From: Octopus bimaculoides
Lineage: Eukaryota
Assembly (NCBI RefSeq): GCF_001194135.2
Contig: NC_069000.1
Location: forward strand, 38,647,387 to 38,682,489
Length of the DNA stretch: 35,103 bases
Reading direction: 5' to 3'
Shown here piece after piece: positions 1 through 10,579 of the stretch. A model generated the notes under the pieces. The model had not been told where the DNA came from, made no database searches, and worked only from the letters and a program-made list of their open reading frames with translations. The position numbers and the translations under genes were made by a program. Position 1 is the first letter of the stretch. Each line of letters starts with the position of its first letter.

Positions 1-592
1 CCTATTTATTTATATACTTGCATACATACACGCATGCACACACATTCTTACACGTTTTATGAAAAAAACTCGACGCTGGTGTATCTGAAAAAGGTTTACC
101 TTTTTTATTAGATTTTAAAAAACATATTTGTTGAATTCTATATAATACAACACATAATACATAATTCAAACTAAAACTAGACAGGAAACTATTAGCGGAC
201 AATATTCTATAAAATACGTCGCAAAAATAGACGAATAACGTTCGAAGTGATATTCACAAAACAATACTAAAATACAATAAAAATAAGTTTACAAACGGCA
301 TACAATGGCTTACAAACCTCACGTTGAAAATTCATAATACAGTTGTAATATCTATAAAATTACATTGACTTTGTCTTATATAACTCATAGGAAAATACGC
401 CAGCATAATTTCCGCATGCAGATGGAGCTATGAATATACTGGAATGTTGAATACATGCATACATAAAAGAAGTTTAGTGATCCAAGCAACTACACGGATT
501 TCATGTAAAAATATGAAAAGAAAAGAAAAATCCGTAATAAAGAATTTCATAAACACTGGTAACAAAGCAGATTCCACATATATGTGTTTGTG

Positions 593-665
593 TATACATA
601 CATACATACATACATACATGCATACATACATGCATACATACATACATACATACATACATACATAC
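593..665. repeat. (TACA)n microsatellite
   Basis: Direct tandem tacatacataca run with occasional tgca variants. Confidence 0.95.
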
Positions 666-667
666 AT

Positions 668-934
668 TCTTTCATTTGTTTCAGTAATATTATTGCGGCC
701 ATGCTGGAGCTCCGGCTCTAGTCGAACTAATCGACCCCAGGACTTATTTGTAAGCCTACTTCTTATTCTATCGGTCTCTATTGCCGAACCGCTAGATTTT
801 CGGGGACGTAAACGCACCAACATCGGTTGTCAAGTGGTGATAGGGGTGACAAACACAAACACACAAATATGTATATATAAACATGTATATACAAACACAG
901 AAGGAGGAAGGGAATATATATATATATATATATA
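668..934 (-). mobile_element. Family D SINE, 3' half, running into a TA microsatellite and gap
   Basis: ggccatgctggagc...cgaccccaggacttatt...gccgaaccgctag...catcggttgtcaag is highly similar to 11400-11590 and to the reverse complement of 5410-5625. Confidence 0.85.
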
Positions 935-1341
935 NNNNNNNNNNNNNNNNNNNNNNNNNNNNNNNNNNNNNNNNNNNNNNNNNNNNNNNNNNNNNNNNNN
1001 NNNNNNNNNNNNNNNNNNNNNNNNNNNNNNNNNNNNNNNNNNNNNNNNNNNNNNNNNNNNNNNNNNNNNNNNNNNNNNNNNNNNNNNNNNNNNNNNNNNN
1101 NNNNNNNNNNNNNNNNNNNNNNNNNNNNNNNNNNNNNNNNNNNNNNNNNNNNNNNNNNNNNNNNNNNNNNNNNNNNNNNNNNNNNNNNNNNNNNNNNNNN
1201 NNNNNNNNNNNNNNNNNNNNNNNNNNNNNNNNNNNNNNNNNNNNNNNNNNNNNNNNNNNNNNNNNNNNNNNNNNNNNNNNNNNNNNNNNNNNNNNNNNNN
1301 NNNNNNNNNNNNNNNNNNNNNNNNNNNNNNNNNNNNNNNNN
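935..1341. other. Assembly gap (N run); further gaps at 5181-5216, 8850-9367, 11634-11841, 30847-31562, 33426-33604
   Basis: N characters; most gaps are flanked by microsatellites. Confidence 1.
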
Positions 1342-1383
<42 letters not shown>

Positions 1384-1417
1384 GTGTGTGTGTGTGTGTG
1401 TGAGTGTGTGTGTGTGT
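1342..1417. repeat. (GT)n microsatellite
   Basis: Direct dinucleotide run. Confidence 0.95.
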
Positions 1418-2825
1418 ATACTGTAGTATGATCAGGTGAGTGATAATAAAACGCGGTTTGCTAGCTTTAAGCATAAAGGCGGCATGTAGAGAAAACACTG
1501 ATGACTATATAATTGATGAATTACATTTATTAAACAACGCATGAAATATATTTCTTCCCCTGTAGAGTTTAGATAGAAAATTCCGATAAGATGACTGGTG
1601 CTGTACAATTATATTTTCAAAGCAGTAACCATTGCTAATAATGCAATAAACGAATCTGTAAATAAAAGAGATGGAAGAGGTTGTCGAGAACTGCAATTGT
1701 TTCGAAAGTACTCCGGATGCATTTTCCGTAACATAACGAATGTCGTGTAACGGCACGGTTTGTATTTTGTGTATATATATATATTCCTTCAATTTTTTAA
1801 TTCTCTTTCTGTTTCAGTCATTAACCTTAGACCATGATAGAGTACCAACCTCAAGAACTTAATCACATCAACCGCATTATTTAATTGCGGTATATATTTT
1901 TCGACCTTTATCGTGTTGCTATTTTACAGTTTATCGAACAATACCAGATTTTCAAATACCCAGACAAAAATACAAAAATCGATGCAAACTTGCACACATG
2001 TAAACGGGCACAGATACATACACGCACATATACACATACAAATAAAGAACAGAACCCGAATCACACGCTTGCAAAACTAAATTTTTAATTACAAGCTCAT
2101 TGATATTGAAACCATTGCAGAATTATTTTTTATTTCTCTTTAAATAGTTAAAATATATTTCGCCTTAAGCTTATTGGAAATGAAAAGCAGTGAGGAAACG
2201 ATATTAACAAACTAACCAGCACACGTTACTGAATGACTCCTCGCGGCGATGATCAATTCAAGAGAAAAAGCAAATAATAGGAAAAGAAAGCCTTTTGTTC
2301 GAACAAATGAAGAGCTGCATTTCACACAAGAATTGAAAATGTAATATCATCTAAACATCACGATGGTATTTGTGTGAAAATGATTAATTAATCCTGTAAT
2401 AGATTTGACGTTTCGAGCAAACTTTTGGCTATAATTAATCCCAGCTTGGAGGTAAAATGTAAGCGATAACTTTGAATTGATTTGTGCATTGTATAGTATC
2501 TTAAATAATACCAAGGAGTACCGGACTTATGGTGCACCTCTTCATATTTCGTTTCGTGACTTCGCTAAATATTTAGCAAGTTAATACTTTTTTATGTACA
2601 GAATTCTGTACTGCCTCATAAAATTGGGAAGGAGCCGACGTAGGAACGTCTGAGTATTTGCGTAACCGGCTTCAAAATCTGGACAAATCTCTCTAAATTA
2701 CAATAGAAAACGATGATCAATGTTTTCATAGATATACGAATACAAGGGACAGTCACGTCGGCAGGTTTGTGATTATGAATCAGCTACGTAAGGACATATA
2801 CTTACTATGAATAAATAATGGTTTT

Positions 2826-2987
2826 AAATTTTGGCACGAGTCCAGCAATTTTGGGAACGGGTCAAGTTGATTAAGTTGATTCCAGATTCCGAAGGATGAA
2901 ACGCAGAAATCCCGGTGGCATTTGAACTCAGAATGTAACCTCGGAAAAAATGCCGCTAAGCATTTTTCCGGTGCGGTAACGATTCTA
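2826..2987 (-). mobile_element. Family B (tRNA head + Meta/MESC-like core) SINE, degraded
   Basis: cgaaggatgaaa...atttgaactcagaa (reverse B box)...ctaagcattt...taacgattct matches the better copies at 20228-20445 and 22622-22861. Confidence 0.75.
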
Positions 2988-3949
2988 TGTGCGTGAAAAT
3001 GCATGCGTTTGTTAAAGTGTGTTATGTGTGTGGAAATTATGGTTATAGAGGCTTTGTGTCTAAGTACGTATGCACACATGCATCTTTGATTGCATTTATG
3101 GAATGAGTGAACTCTTCTGTTTCCTTGTGTGACTGAAGAGTTATTATATCGAGAGATTGTAGAAAAAATAAATATAATAGTTATATTAATCTTATGGATT
3201 TATAGTTATGAGTAGTGTATATGTGAATGATGCTTCATAAAAGTACGTGTGTGTGTGTGTCTGTGTGTGTGAGTGTGTGTGTGTGTGTGTGAGCATGCAG
3301 CAAGTAGGAATGGAGTGGATGTTTTGAGGTCGAATCCGGTCGAATTGTTTGCTCCTTCTTCACATAAGTAGTTCATAAAAAAATATTTTGGAAATTATTA
3401 TAATGCGTATATTGTTGTGCTGTTAATTCTATGGGCTATGTGTTGTATTGGAACAAAAAACCTGGTTAACCGTATTGGATGTTCAGTTTGAATGGGCTCG
3501 GTGTGTTTTAAAACTTTTCCTATGCATTTCGTATATCAGCAAACGAAAAATGTTACTTTCCTTATAATAAGCGCGTTCACTAACAAGGTTGATATATAAC
3601 TTTTCGGTTAAGCAGAGGTTACTATACTATGTGTGTCACGCACTGATTGGTTCACAACAGTTATTCATTCACACCTCCGCTTTCCATTCTGATCAAATCA
3701 TTCGCTTCAGATTCCAAATATATTATTGGTTTTGTGAATAATTAATGACCGTTTTATAAATTAATTTAGAGCAGTTTTAGATTTTAAAAAAATCTGTCGT
3801 TAATATAATAGCTTATCAAAAATTTCAAGCTAGTCGCTGGAATATGTAGCTTATTTCAACCTTCTAGGGTATGGCTATCTGCATATCTAAACCCCAAACG
3901 TTACACCCCAGTACCAAGTCATTTAAACATACGACATTGATTTCATATA

Positions 3950-4110
3950 TTGGCAAAAGTCCAGCAATTTCGGGGTTGTATGTAAGTCATCTACTCCAGT
4001 ACTGATATGGCACTTAATTTATTGATGCTGAAATGATGAATAGCAAAGACGGCCTCGGCAGTATTTGAACTCAGGTCGTAAAGCATTTTGTCCGACGCGG
4101 AAACGCTTTT
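3950..4110 (-). mobile_element. Family B SINE, degraded
   Basis: ccagcaatttcgggg...ggcacttaatttattga...gcaaagacggcctcggcagtatttgaactcag matches family B. Confidence 0.7.
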
Positions 4111-4212
4111 TCCAATTAACCGCATTATTTAAGAATACGAGATTGAAGACAATAGACATAATGAATTTCCAAACTACTTATTTAGGATAAGTATTTACTT
4201 TCACTCTAGAAT

Positions 4213-4431
4213 AGTTTCAAATTTTAGCTCGAGGCCAGGAACTTAACTTAGCGGGAGTGGGTAAGTCAGTTACGTCGATCCTAGTACTTAACTAGTACTT
4301 ATTTCATCCATCCCCCGAAAGGATAAAAGACAAAATCGACCTCTGCGAAATTTGAACTCAAAACGTAAAGACAGATGAAATGCTGCTAAACATTTTGCCC
4401 GGCGTGCTAACGATTCTGCCAGCTCGCTGCT
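4213..4431 (-). mobile_element. Family B SINE, near full length
   Basis: cccgaaaggataaaagacaaaatcgacctc...atttgaactcaaaacg...cgtgctaacgattctgccagctcgc; reverse-complement A and B boxes are present. Confidence 0.85.
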
Positions 4432-5142
4432 TTGGATCCGCACTACGTTACAATCAGTTTCCTGACCCTTGATTATCAGCTGTCGTATTGATCAAATCCA
4501 AGACTAGATTTGATTTAGGAACGTTAATTTCGAAGCGTTTAGCTTAGTAACATCTCTATTAGCCACACTACTTTCGAATGCAGTATACTGCACACAACCA
4601 CCGTGCTATATCTAACCAATTTTGAAGTATTTTACTTTCCAGCATAGCAGCCCTTAATAAGCTAGTGTCCGTACTGAGCACACGACTAACACGATGAAAT
4701 AGACTGCATTAGTTTTTCCAATTTTCTACTATGGGAACTTAAATAACACAGCTTCACCGAAAATACGTGTCTTGTATAATAACTGTATAGTAATTTTCTG
4801 CGTGTCGTAAAAGTTATTTAAGTTAGCATTCACAAATAACTTATATGTTATATACAGAAGTTTTGCTCATTCTGAATTTAGTGCACAAATAATTCTATTT
4901 TCTAAGTTTCTAAATGGGTTCTCCATCGATTACAAGAATCTAATTTCAGAGCGGTGTACACTTCCTTTCGTCAATTTATGTGTGCTATCATTCCTTACTT
5001 GGTTTTTCGGCACCACACATTCTACCTTTAATTTGCAAACACACATATGTTTATGTGTATACATATATAGACAGGGTGCGATGGGTGAATTGCCGCAGTT
5101 TTATATTTTTAATTTCGACCGTGCGCATTGTTTGTTTTATAT

Positions 5143-5180
<38 letters not shown>

Positions 5181-5216
5181 NNNNNNNNNNNNNNNNNNNN
5201 NNNNNNNNNNNNNNNN

Positions 5217-5252
<36 letters not shown>

Positions 5253-5409
5253 AACAATGCTATCATGAAATACTCGGAAACAAATACAAAAGACACACAC
5301 ACACACACACACTCACACGCGCACGCATGCGCATACACATATATATAATCCAAATTATAAGACCAAGAAGATTTTTGACCAGGTCTTTACATACACACAT
5401 ATTTACACA

Positions 5410-5625
5410 CGTCTGTATGTGTGTGTGTGTTTTGTATTTGTTCCCGAGCATTACCTGATAATAGGTTTGTTTGCATCCTAACAACCTAGAAGTTCAGCAA
5501 AAGAAACCGACAAAGAAATTCCAAACTTCACAAAGATAATTATGTATTAGGATAAATTTGTTCGACTAAAACGTTCCAGGGCGTGCCCCAGCGTGGCCGC
5601 AGTCTAATGACTGAAACAAGGAAAA
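5410..5625 (+). mobile_element. Family D SINE, 3' half, following a compound microsatellite
   Basis: gttcagcaaaagaaaccga...ttcgactaaa...ccagcgtggccgcagtctaatgactgaaacaag is the reverse complement of the 668-870 and 11385-11590 segments. Confidence 0.75.
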
Positions 5626-5722
5626 CACAGTATATTATTCTTTGATTATCTCTTGTAACACACTCAACTGAGCAAGAATTGACCAAACGTGACTAAATTA
5701 TATCTAAATTCCAGTCGATAAT

Positions 5723-6116
5723 GTGTGTATGTGTGTTGGCACTCTGTCGCTTACGACATCAAGGGTTCCAGTTGATCCGATCAACGGAACAGCCTGCTCG
5801 TGAAATTAGCGTGCAAGTGACTGAGCACTCCACAGACACGTGTACCCTTAACGTAGTACTCGGGGATATTCAGCGTGACACAGTGTGACAAGGCCGACCC
5901 TTTGAATTACAGGCACAACAAAAACAGGAAGTAAGAGTGAGAGAATGTTGTGGTGGAAGAGTAGAGCAGGGTTCGCCACCATCCCCTGCCGGAGCCTCGT
6001 GGAGCTTTTAAGTGTTTTCGCTCAATAAACACTCACAACGCCCGGTCTGCGAATCGAAACCGCGATCCTATGACCGCGAGTCCACTGCCCTAACCACTCG
6101 GCCATTGCGCCTCCAC
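5723..6116 (-). mobile_element. Family C tRNA-derived SINE, full length, 12-bp TSD
   Basis: Reverse strand starts gtggaggcgcaatggccgagtggttagg (A box)...ggtttcgattcg (B box). The TSD ccagtcgataat is at 5711-5722 and 6117-6128. Colinear with 12775-13164 and 28647-29030. Octopus tRNA-derived SINEs named OK/OR1/OR2 exist in the literature, but I cannot assign a name from memory. Confidence 0.95.
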
Positions 6117-6786
6117 CCAGTCGATAATATCATTCTAGGAAACGAAGACGAAGTTAAGTCAGCTTCACTTTCCTCAGTATTTTTTTCTCAACGAAGCAGG
6201 TAGCAAAATTCATTGTAAATGATACACATAATCAGATGACCTGAGTATAGAAGCTTTTATTGCGTGCAATAACAACCGGAAGATATCAGGCTCTTTGCTA
6301 GTAGATTTTCATAATTATTGGCAGTTATCTTAAACAATCAGATATTTGGACGGCGTTCAAGAATACTTCAAGTTAAATCTGGAAAGAGTGTACAGATTTT
6401 ATTGTTAGGAAATTTGGTAGAGGGTGTATTCAAAGAACACTCTAGTTTTGCATCATCAATGAATTTTCAGTGTATGAATAATTACGCAGATGTATTTGCA
6501 CAGCTATCTGAGATAGCGTGCTGAAACTAAAAGAATTGCAGCGTGAAAGGTGTTTATAAGCCATTTAAAAACACACAAAAACCGTTAGATTCACTTCAAC
6601 ATTTAAATTTAAATTTAATTTGCTAATATATTTTCCTCGTTTTGAAACCGCGACCTCTTCACTGACAAAAATTCCGCGCTACATCTGAGCATGTTGAATA
6701 TATGAATAGTTAATTACGAGGCAAAATATGAAACAATAGTGAAAACAGGTACAAGTTGGCTTAAGCATATTGATAAACCTCAGTAA

Positions 6787-7015
6787 GTAATAATCTTTGC
6801 TATTATAAGCACAAGGCCTGAAATAATTTTGGTGGAGGTGGGGGCTAGTTAATTACATTAACCCCAGTACTCAACTGGTACTTATTTTATCGACCTCGAA
6901 ATAATGAAAGGCAAAGTCTGCCCTGCAGAATTTGAACTCAGAACACAAAGAACTGGAAAAATTCCTCTATGTTCCTTTGTTCGGCGTCCTCACGGCTCTG
7001 TCAGCTTGTCGCATT
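6787..7015 (-). mobile_element. Family B SINE (first of tandem pair)
   Basis: gcacaaggcctgaaa...actggtacttattttatcgacc...gaaaggcaaagtc...aatttgaactcagaac...ctgtcagct. Confidence 0.85.
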
Positions 7016-7026
7016 AACCTCAGTAA

Positions 7027-7238
7027 ATAATGATTTCAAATTTTGGCACAAGGCCAGCAATTTTGTGTAAATCGATTACAGCGACCCCTGGTATTCAACT
7101 GGTACTTATTTTATCGACCTTAAAAGGACGAAAGGCAAAATAGACCTCGATAGGATTTGAACGCAGAACATAAAGACGGACGAAATACCGCTCAACATTT
7201 TGCACGGCTTACTAAAGATTCTGTCAGCTCACCGCATT
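7027..7238 (-). mobile_element. Family B SINE (second of tandem pair)
   Basis: ggcacaaggccagcaatt...actggtacttattttatcgacc...gatttgaacgcagaac...ctgtcagctcaccgc. Confidence 0.85.
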
Positions 7239-7805
7239 AACCGCAGTAAAAAGTAATTAAAATTATTTTAGTGGCAATTCAGTTCATTTTTGTTATACAA
7301 TCCTTATTGTCGTAGCTCAAAATATTAATTTTTAGAAGTATTTAATGCCGTATACTCCTTAAGGGTAAAATATGGAATGTTATGACACGGATACATTTCC
7401 AAGAGCAATTCGTTACGCAAATGAAATAATTGTCTCCCAACTGAAATTGGAACTACATAGTTTGGCCTCATAAAGCCGGGGGATGACATCTTGCTATAAG
7501 CTGTACTCAACATTTGCTCACAAACTTTTGGATAATTGTCAGGTATTATCTGTTGCCGTGCTTCATAGCTTGATTTATATTGTTCACGCTCTTATAATTG
7601 AAAGCTACATTCCTAATCTTTCATTCGCAGAATGTCTTAACATTCTTAGCCGAAGATTGATAGGAGTTTAAATACAGTTTTTCTTAGCATTCTATGGTTT
7701 CAAGCATAATCTTTTCAAACATGTTGGCGGAATATGTTTTAAAGATTTATATATTCATATTTTTGTATGTGTTTCATTCCTTTTAATATCCAAAATATTT
7801 TGATG

Positions 7806-7858
7806 ATGATAATAATAATAATAATTATAATAATAATAGTAATAATACTAATAATAAA
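7806..7858. repeat. (AAT)n microsatellite
   Basis: Direct trinucleotide run, imperfect. Confidence 0.9.
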
Positions 7859-8525
7859 TGAAGTTAATACTGATTATTTTCTTTATACTTTCCGGATAAG
7901 CCGGTAAAGCTGAGATAATCATTTTTCTCAATTCAAAGAGTTATTCTAAGTTTAAAACCTTTGGCGTTTTAATAATTTGGGATTCGAATAAATAACCGTG
8001 GTTGATATATCCCGGAGAGAAATAGAATAAAATTCCTATGGACTGTTATATCCCTATTGAGATATATACACGCGTAGTATTTTCATGCTGGATTGGGATA
8101 TGAATGTGACAACCACACCTGATGTGAACGTTTCCGATGTTTCAATTGAATAATGAGATTTTCATGCTGCATGTTTTAAAGCCATTGAAAAGATTTAAAG
8201 TGTGGTGTTTTTGTTTTTTGTTTTTGCATGTGTGAACCAAAACCACCAGAGAGTGTTTTAGCAAGATAAAGAGGACAATAGGCCGAGTTCATTAGATGCC
8301 CTACAGGGAAGCTAGGGCTTTGAACACATAATGGCAACAGCGAAAGTCAAAGGAAGTAAAAGCTGGTGAAGTGATAAAGAGAAAAAGAGGATAGCGAGAA
8401 TGTGTGCGTGAGAGAGGGGGAAATGGAGTGGGAGAGAGGCGGAGTGGGGAGAAGAGAGTGGGAGAGGATAGAGGGATACGTTAGTCTTATGCGTTGATCC
8501 ATTAACGTGCTATATTGTATACAGC

Positions 8526-8849
8526 GTGGAGACGCAATGGCCCAGTGGTTAGGGCAGCGAACTCGTGGTCATAGGATCGCGGTTTCGATTCCCAGACCGG
8601 GCGTTCTGAGTGTTTATTGAGCGAAAACGCCTAAAGCTCCGCGAGGCTCCGGCAGGGGATGGTGGCGAACCCTGCTGTACTCTTTCACCACAACTTTCTC
8701 TCACTCTTTTTTCCTGTTTCTGTTGTACCTGTAATTCAAAAAGGGCCAGCCTTGTCACACTATGTCACGCTGAATATCCCCGAGAACTACGTTAAGGTTA
8801 CACGTGTCTGTGGAGTGCTCAGTCACTTGCACGTTAATTTCACGAGCAG
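8526..8849 (+). mobile_element. Family C SINE, 3' end lost in gap
   Basis: gtggagacgcaatggcccagtggttagggcagcg...ggtttcgattcccagaccgggcg is the reverse complement of 5723-6116. Confidence 0.95.
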
Positions 8850-9423
8850 NNNNNNNNNNNNNNNNNNNNNNNNNNNNNNNNNNNNNNNNNNNNNNNNNNN
8901 NNNNNNNNNNNNNNNNNNNNNNNNNNNNNNNNNNNNNNNNNNNNNNNNNNNNNNNNNNNNNNNNNNNNNNNNNNNNNNNNNNNNNNNNNNNNNNNNNNNN
9001 NNNNNNNNNNNNNNNNNNNNNNNNNNNNNNNNNNNNNNNNNNNNNNNNNNNNNNNNNNNNNNNNNNNNNNNNNNNNNNNNNNNNNNNNNNNNNNNNNNNN
9101 NNNNNNNNNNNNNNNNNNNNNNNNNNNNNNNNNNNNNNNNNNNNNNNNNNNNNNNNNNNNNNNNNNNNNNNNNNNNNNNNNNNNNNNNNNNNNNNNNNNN
9201 NNNNNNNNNNNNNNNNNNNNNNNNNNNNNNNNNNNNNNNNNNNNNNNNNNNNNNNNNNNNNNNNNNNNNNNNNNNNNNNNNNNNNNNNNNNNNNNNNNNN
9301 NNNNNNNNNNNNNNNNNNNNNNNNNNNNNNNNNNNNNNNNNNNNNNNNNNNNNNNNNNNNNNNNNNNATGGTGAAGTTGGAAAACTTTCTACAGTACCGA
9401 ATTTAGTAGGAAACATATTACGC

Positions 9424-9587
9424 TTATTTACATTATTTACATTTGACGGATATTTGTCCTCATCTTGTTTGTTGTTAACACAACGTTTCGGCTGATATAC
9501 CCTCCAGCCTTCGTCAGGTGTCTTGGGGAAATTTCAAACCTGGGTTCTCATTCCTAAGGTATTTTTCGATGTTGTTATTATTATTAC

Positions 9588-9619
<32 letters not shown>

Positions 9620-9750
9620 TTACTGCTTGGAATCGAACTCGGAATCTTGGGGTTAGTAGCCCACGCTATTAACCACTACACCAAATGCCCGTCAAATGTA
9701 AATAATGTAAATAATGTACATAATTCCTCATCTCTTAAATATAGAACCGT
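9424..9750 (-). mobile_element. tRNA-headed SINE-like element with (AAT)n spacer, hammerhead-bearing Penelope-like tail and inverted terminal duplication
   Basis: On the minus strand: A box TGGTGTAGTGG (9673-9683), B box GAGTTCGATTCC (9629-9640), (AAT)n at 9571-9615 and a hammerhead at 9477-9522. A perfect 26-bp inverted repeat lies at 9424-9449 and 9689-9714. Confidence 0.8.
9477..9522 (-). ncRNA. Minimal type I hammerhead ribozyme (Penelope-like element type)
   Basis: Minus strand reads GACAC-CUGACGA-A-GGCUG(gagggtatat)CAGCC-GAAACGUU-GUGUU. Stem I is GACAC/GUGUU, the core is CUGANGA, stem II is 5 bp, then GAAA and a palindromic AACGUU stem III. Activity is untested. Confidence 0.75.
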
Positions 9751-9944
9751 ATTACGCTTATCTGGAAGAAAGCAATCTATTTACATTGAACTTATTGAAC
9801 GGATTATTCGAGATTAGGTACAAATCTCATATAATTCTACGCCTCTTGGATTTAGTTTAATTATCCAACTTCGTGCATTTGGATTTCTTAATATGTTTTC
9901 TCGGCTCATTTTATCGCTCATACACATACAAACATTTACTGAAA

Positions 9945-10110
9945 TAGCGCGTCTCAGGGATTATTGCACTTGGCTACAACTCATAAGATTGTGAGTTCGA
10001 ATACAGGAACGGGTGGCTTTTCCCCCCTTGAATGAGGCACATAACTCCCCGTTCTTTTACACTATAAATGTTCAAAAGTGTATCAGCTGTTGCTAAGGGT
10101 GGGCGTATCA
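9945..10110 (+). mobile_element. Degraded tRNA/CORE-like SINE head
   Basis: B-box-like gtgagttcgaatac followed by a CORE-like cccttgaatgaggcacataact. Confidence 0.5.
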
Positions 10111-10124
10111 TGCAATTGTGTTCC

Positions 10125-10332
10125 GTTTACGAGAACTCATGTGTTCTCAGTTCTATTAAACCCCACAGTTGTCAAATGGTGGTGGGGTAATAAACAACCA
10201 CACAGACACACACATGTATACAAATATACATGATGGGTTTCAAACAGCCTCCGTCCGCAAAATTCACTTACAAAGCATGGTCGGCACGGGGCTATATTAA
10301 AAGTCATTTAGCTCGAAACCACACAGCTATAC
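10125..10332 (-). mobile_element. Family D SINE, degraded, short internal microsatellite
   Basis: cagttgtcaaatggtggtgggg...cacagacaca...ccgtccgcaaaattcacttacaaagcatggtcggc...accacacagcta aligns with 11545-12091. Confidence 0.65.
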
Positions 10333-10371
10333 CTGCTGTAAAACGTATGCATTAAATGCCTGTAATACGTT

Positions 10372-10579
10372 TGTTGCTGGCACTCCGTCGCTTACGCCGT
10401 CGAGGGTTCCAGTTGATCCGATCAACGGAACAGCCTGCTCGTGAAATTAACGTGCAAGTGGCTGAGCACTCCACAGACACGCGCACCCATGACGTAGTTC
10501 TCAGGGAGGTTCAGTGTGATACAGTATTGTGACAAGGCTGGCCCTTTGAAATACACGGACTACTCATTTTTGCCAGCTG
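10372..10579 (-). mobile_element. SINE fragment sharing the family C 3' tail but with a different upstream module
   Basis: 10378-10550 is colinear with family C; it then diverges to ctactcatttttgccagctg, which is not in the full C copies. Confidence 0.85.

Noticed and set aside
428-1498. Long ORFs such as 444-1403, 830-1498, 8659-9495, 11303-11908, 30702-31699, 32090-32795 and 34739-35091
   Set aside because: They stay open only because of N runs, dinucleotide or tetranucleotide microsatellites ([12 protein letters not shown]) or SINE sequence.
5072-5135. cagggtgcgatgggtgaattg, resembling a Tc1/mariner MITE terminus
   Set aside because: No matching opposite TIR is visible; it may be lost in the adjacent gap.
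8526-8605. tRNA-like sequences (also 6040-6116, 9616-9690, 12020-12091, 13085-13163, 18961-19050)
   Set aside because: They have A/B boxes but no complete cloverleaf acceptor stem and continue into repeat bodies, so they are SINE heads rather than tRNA genes.
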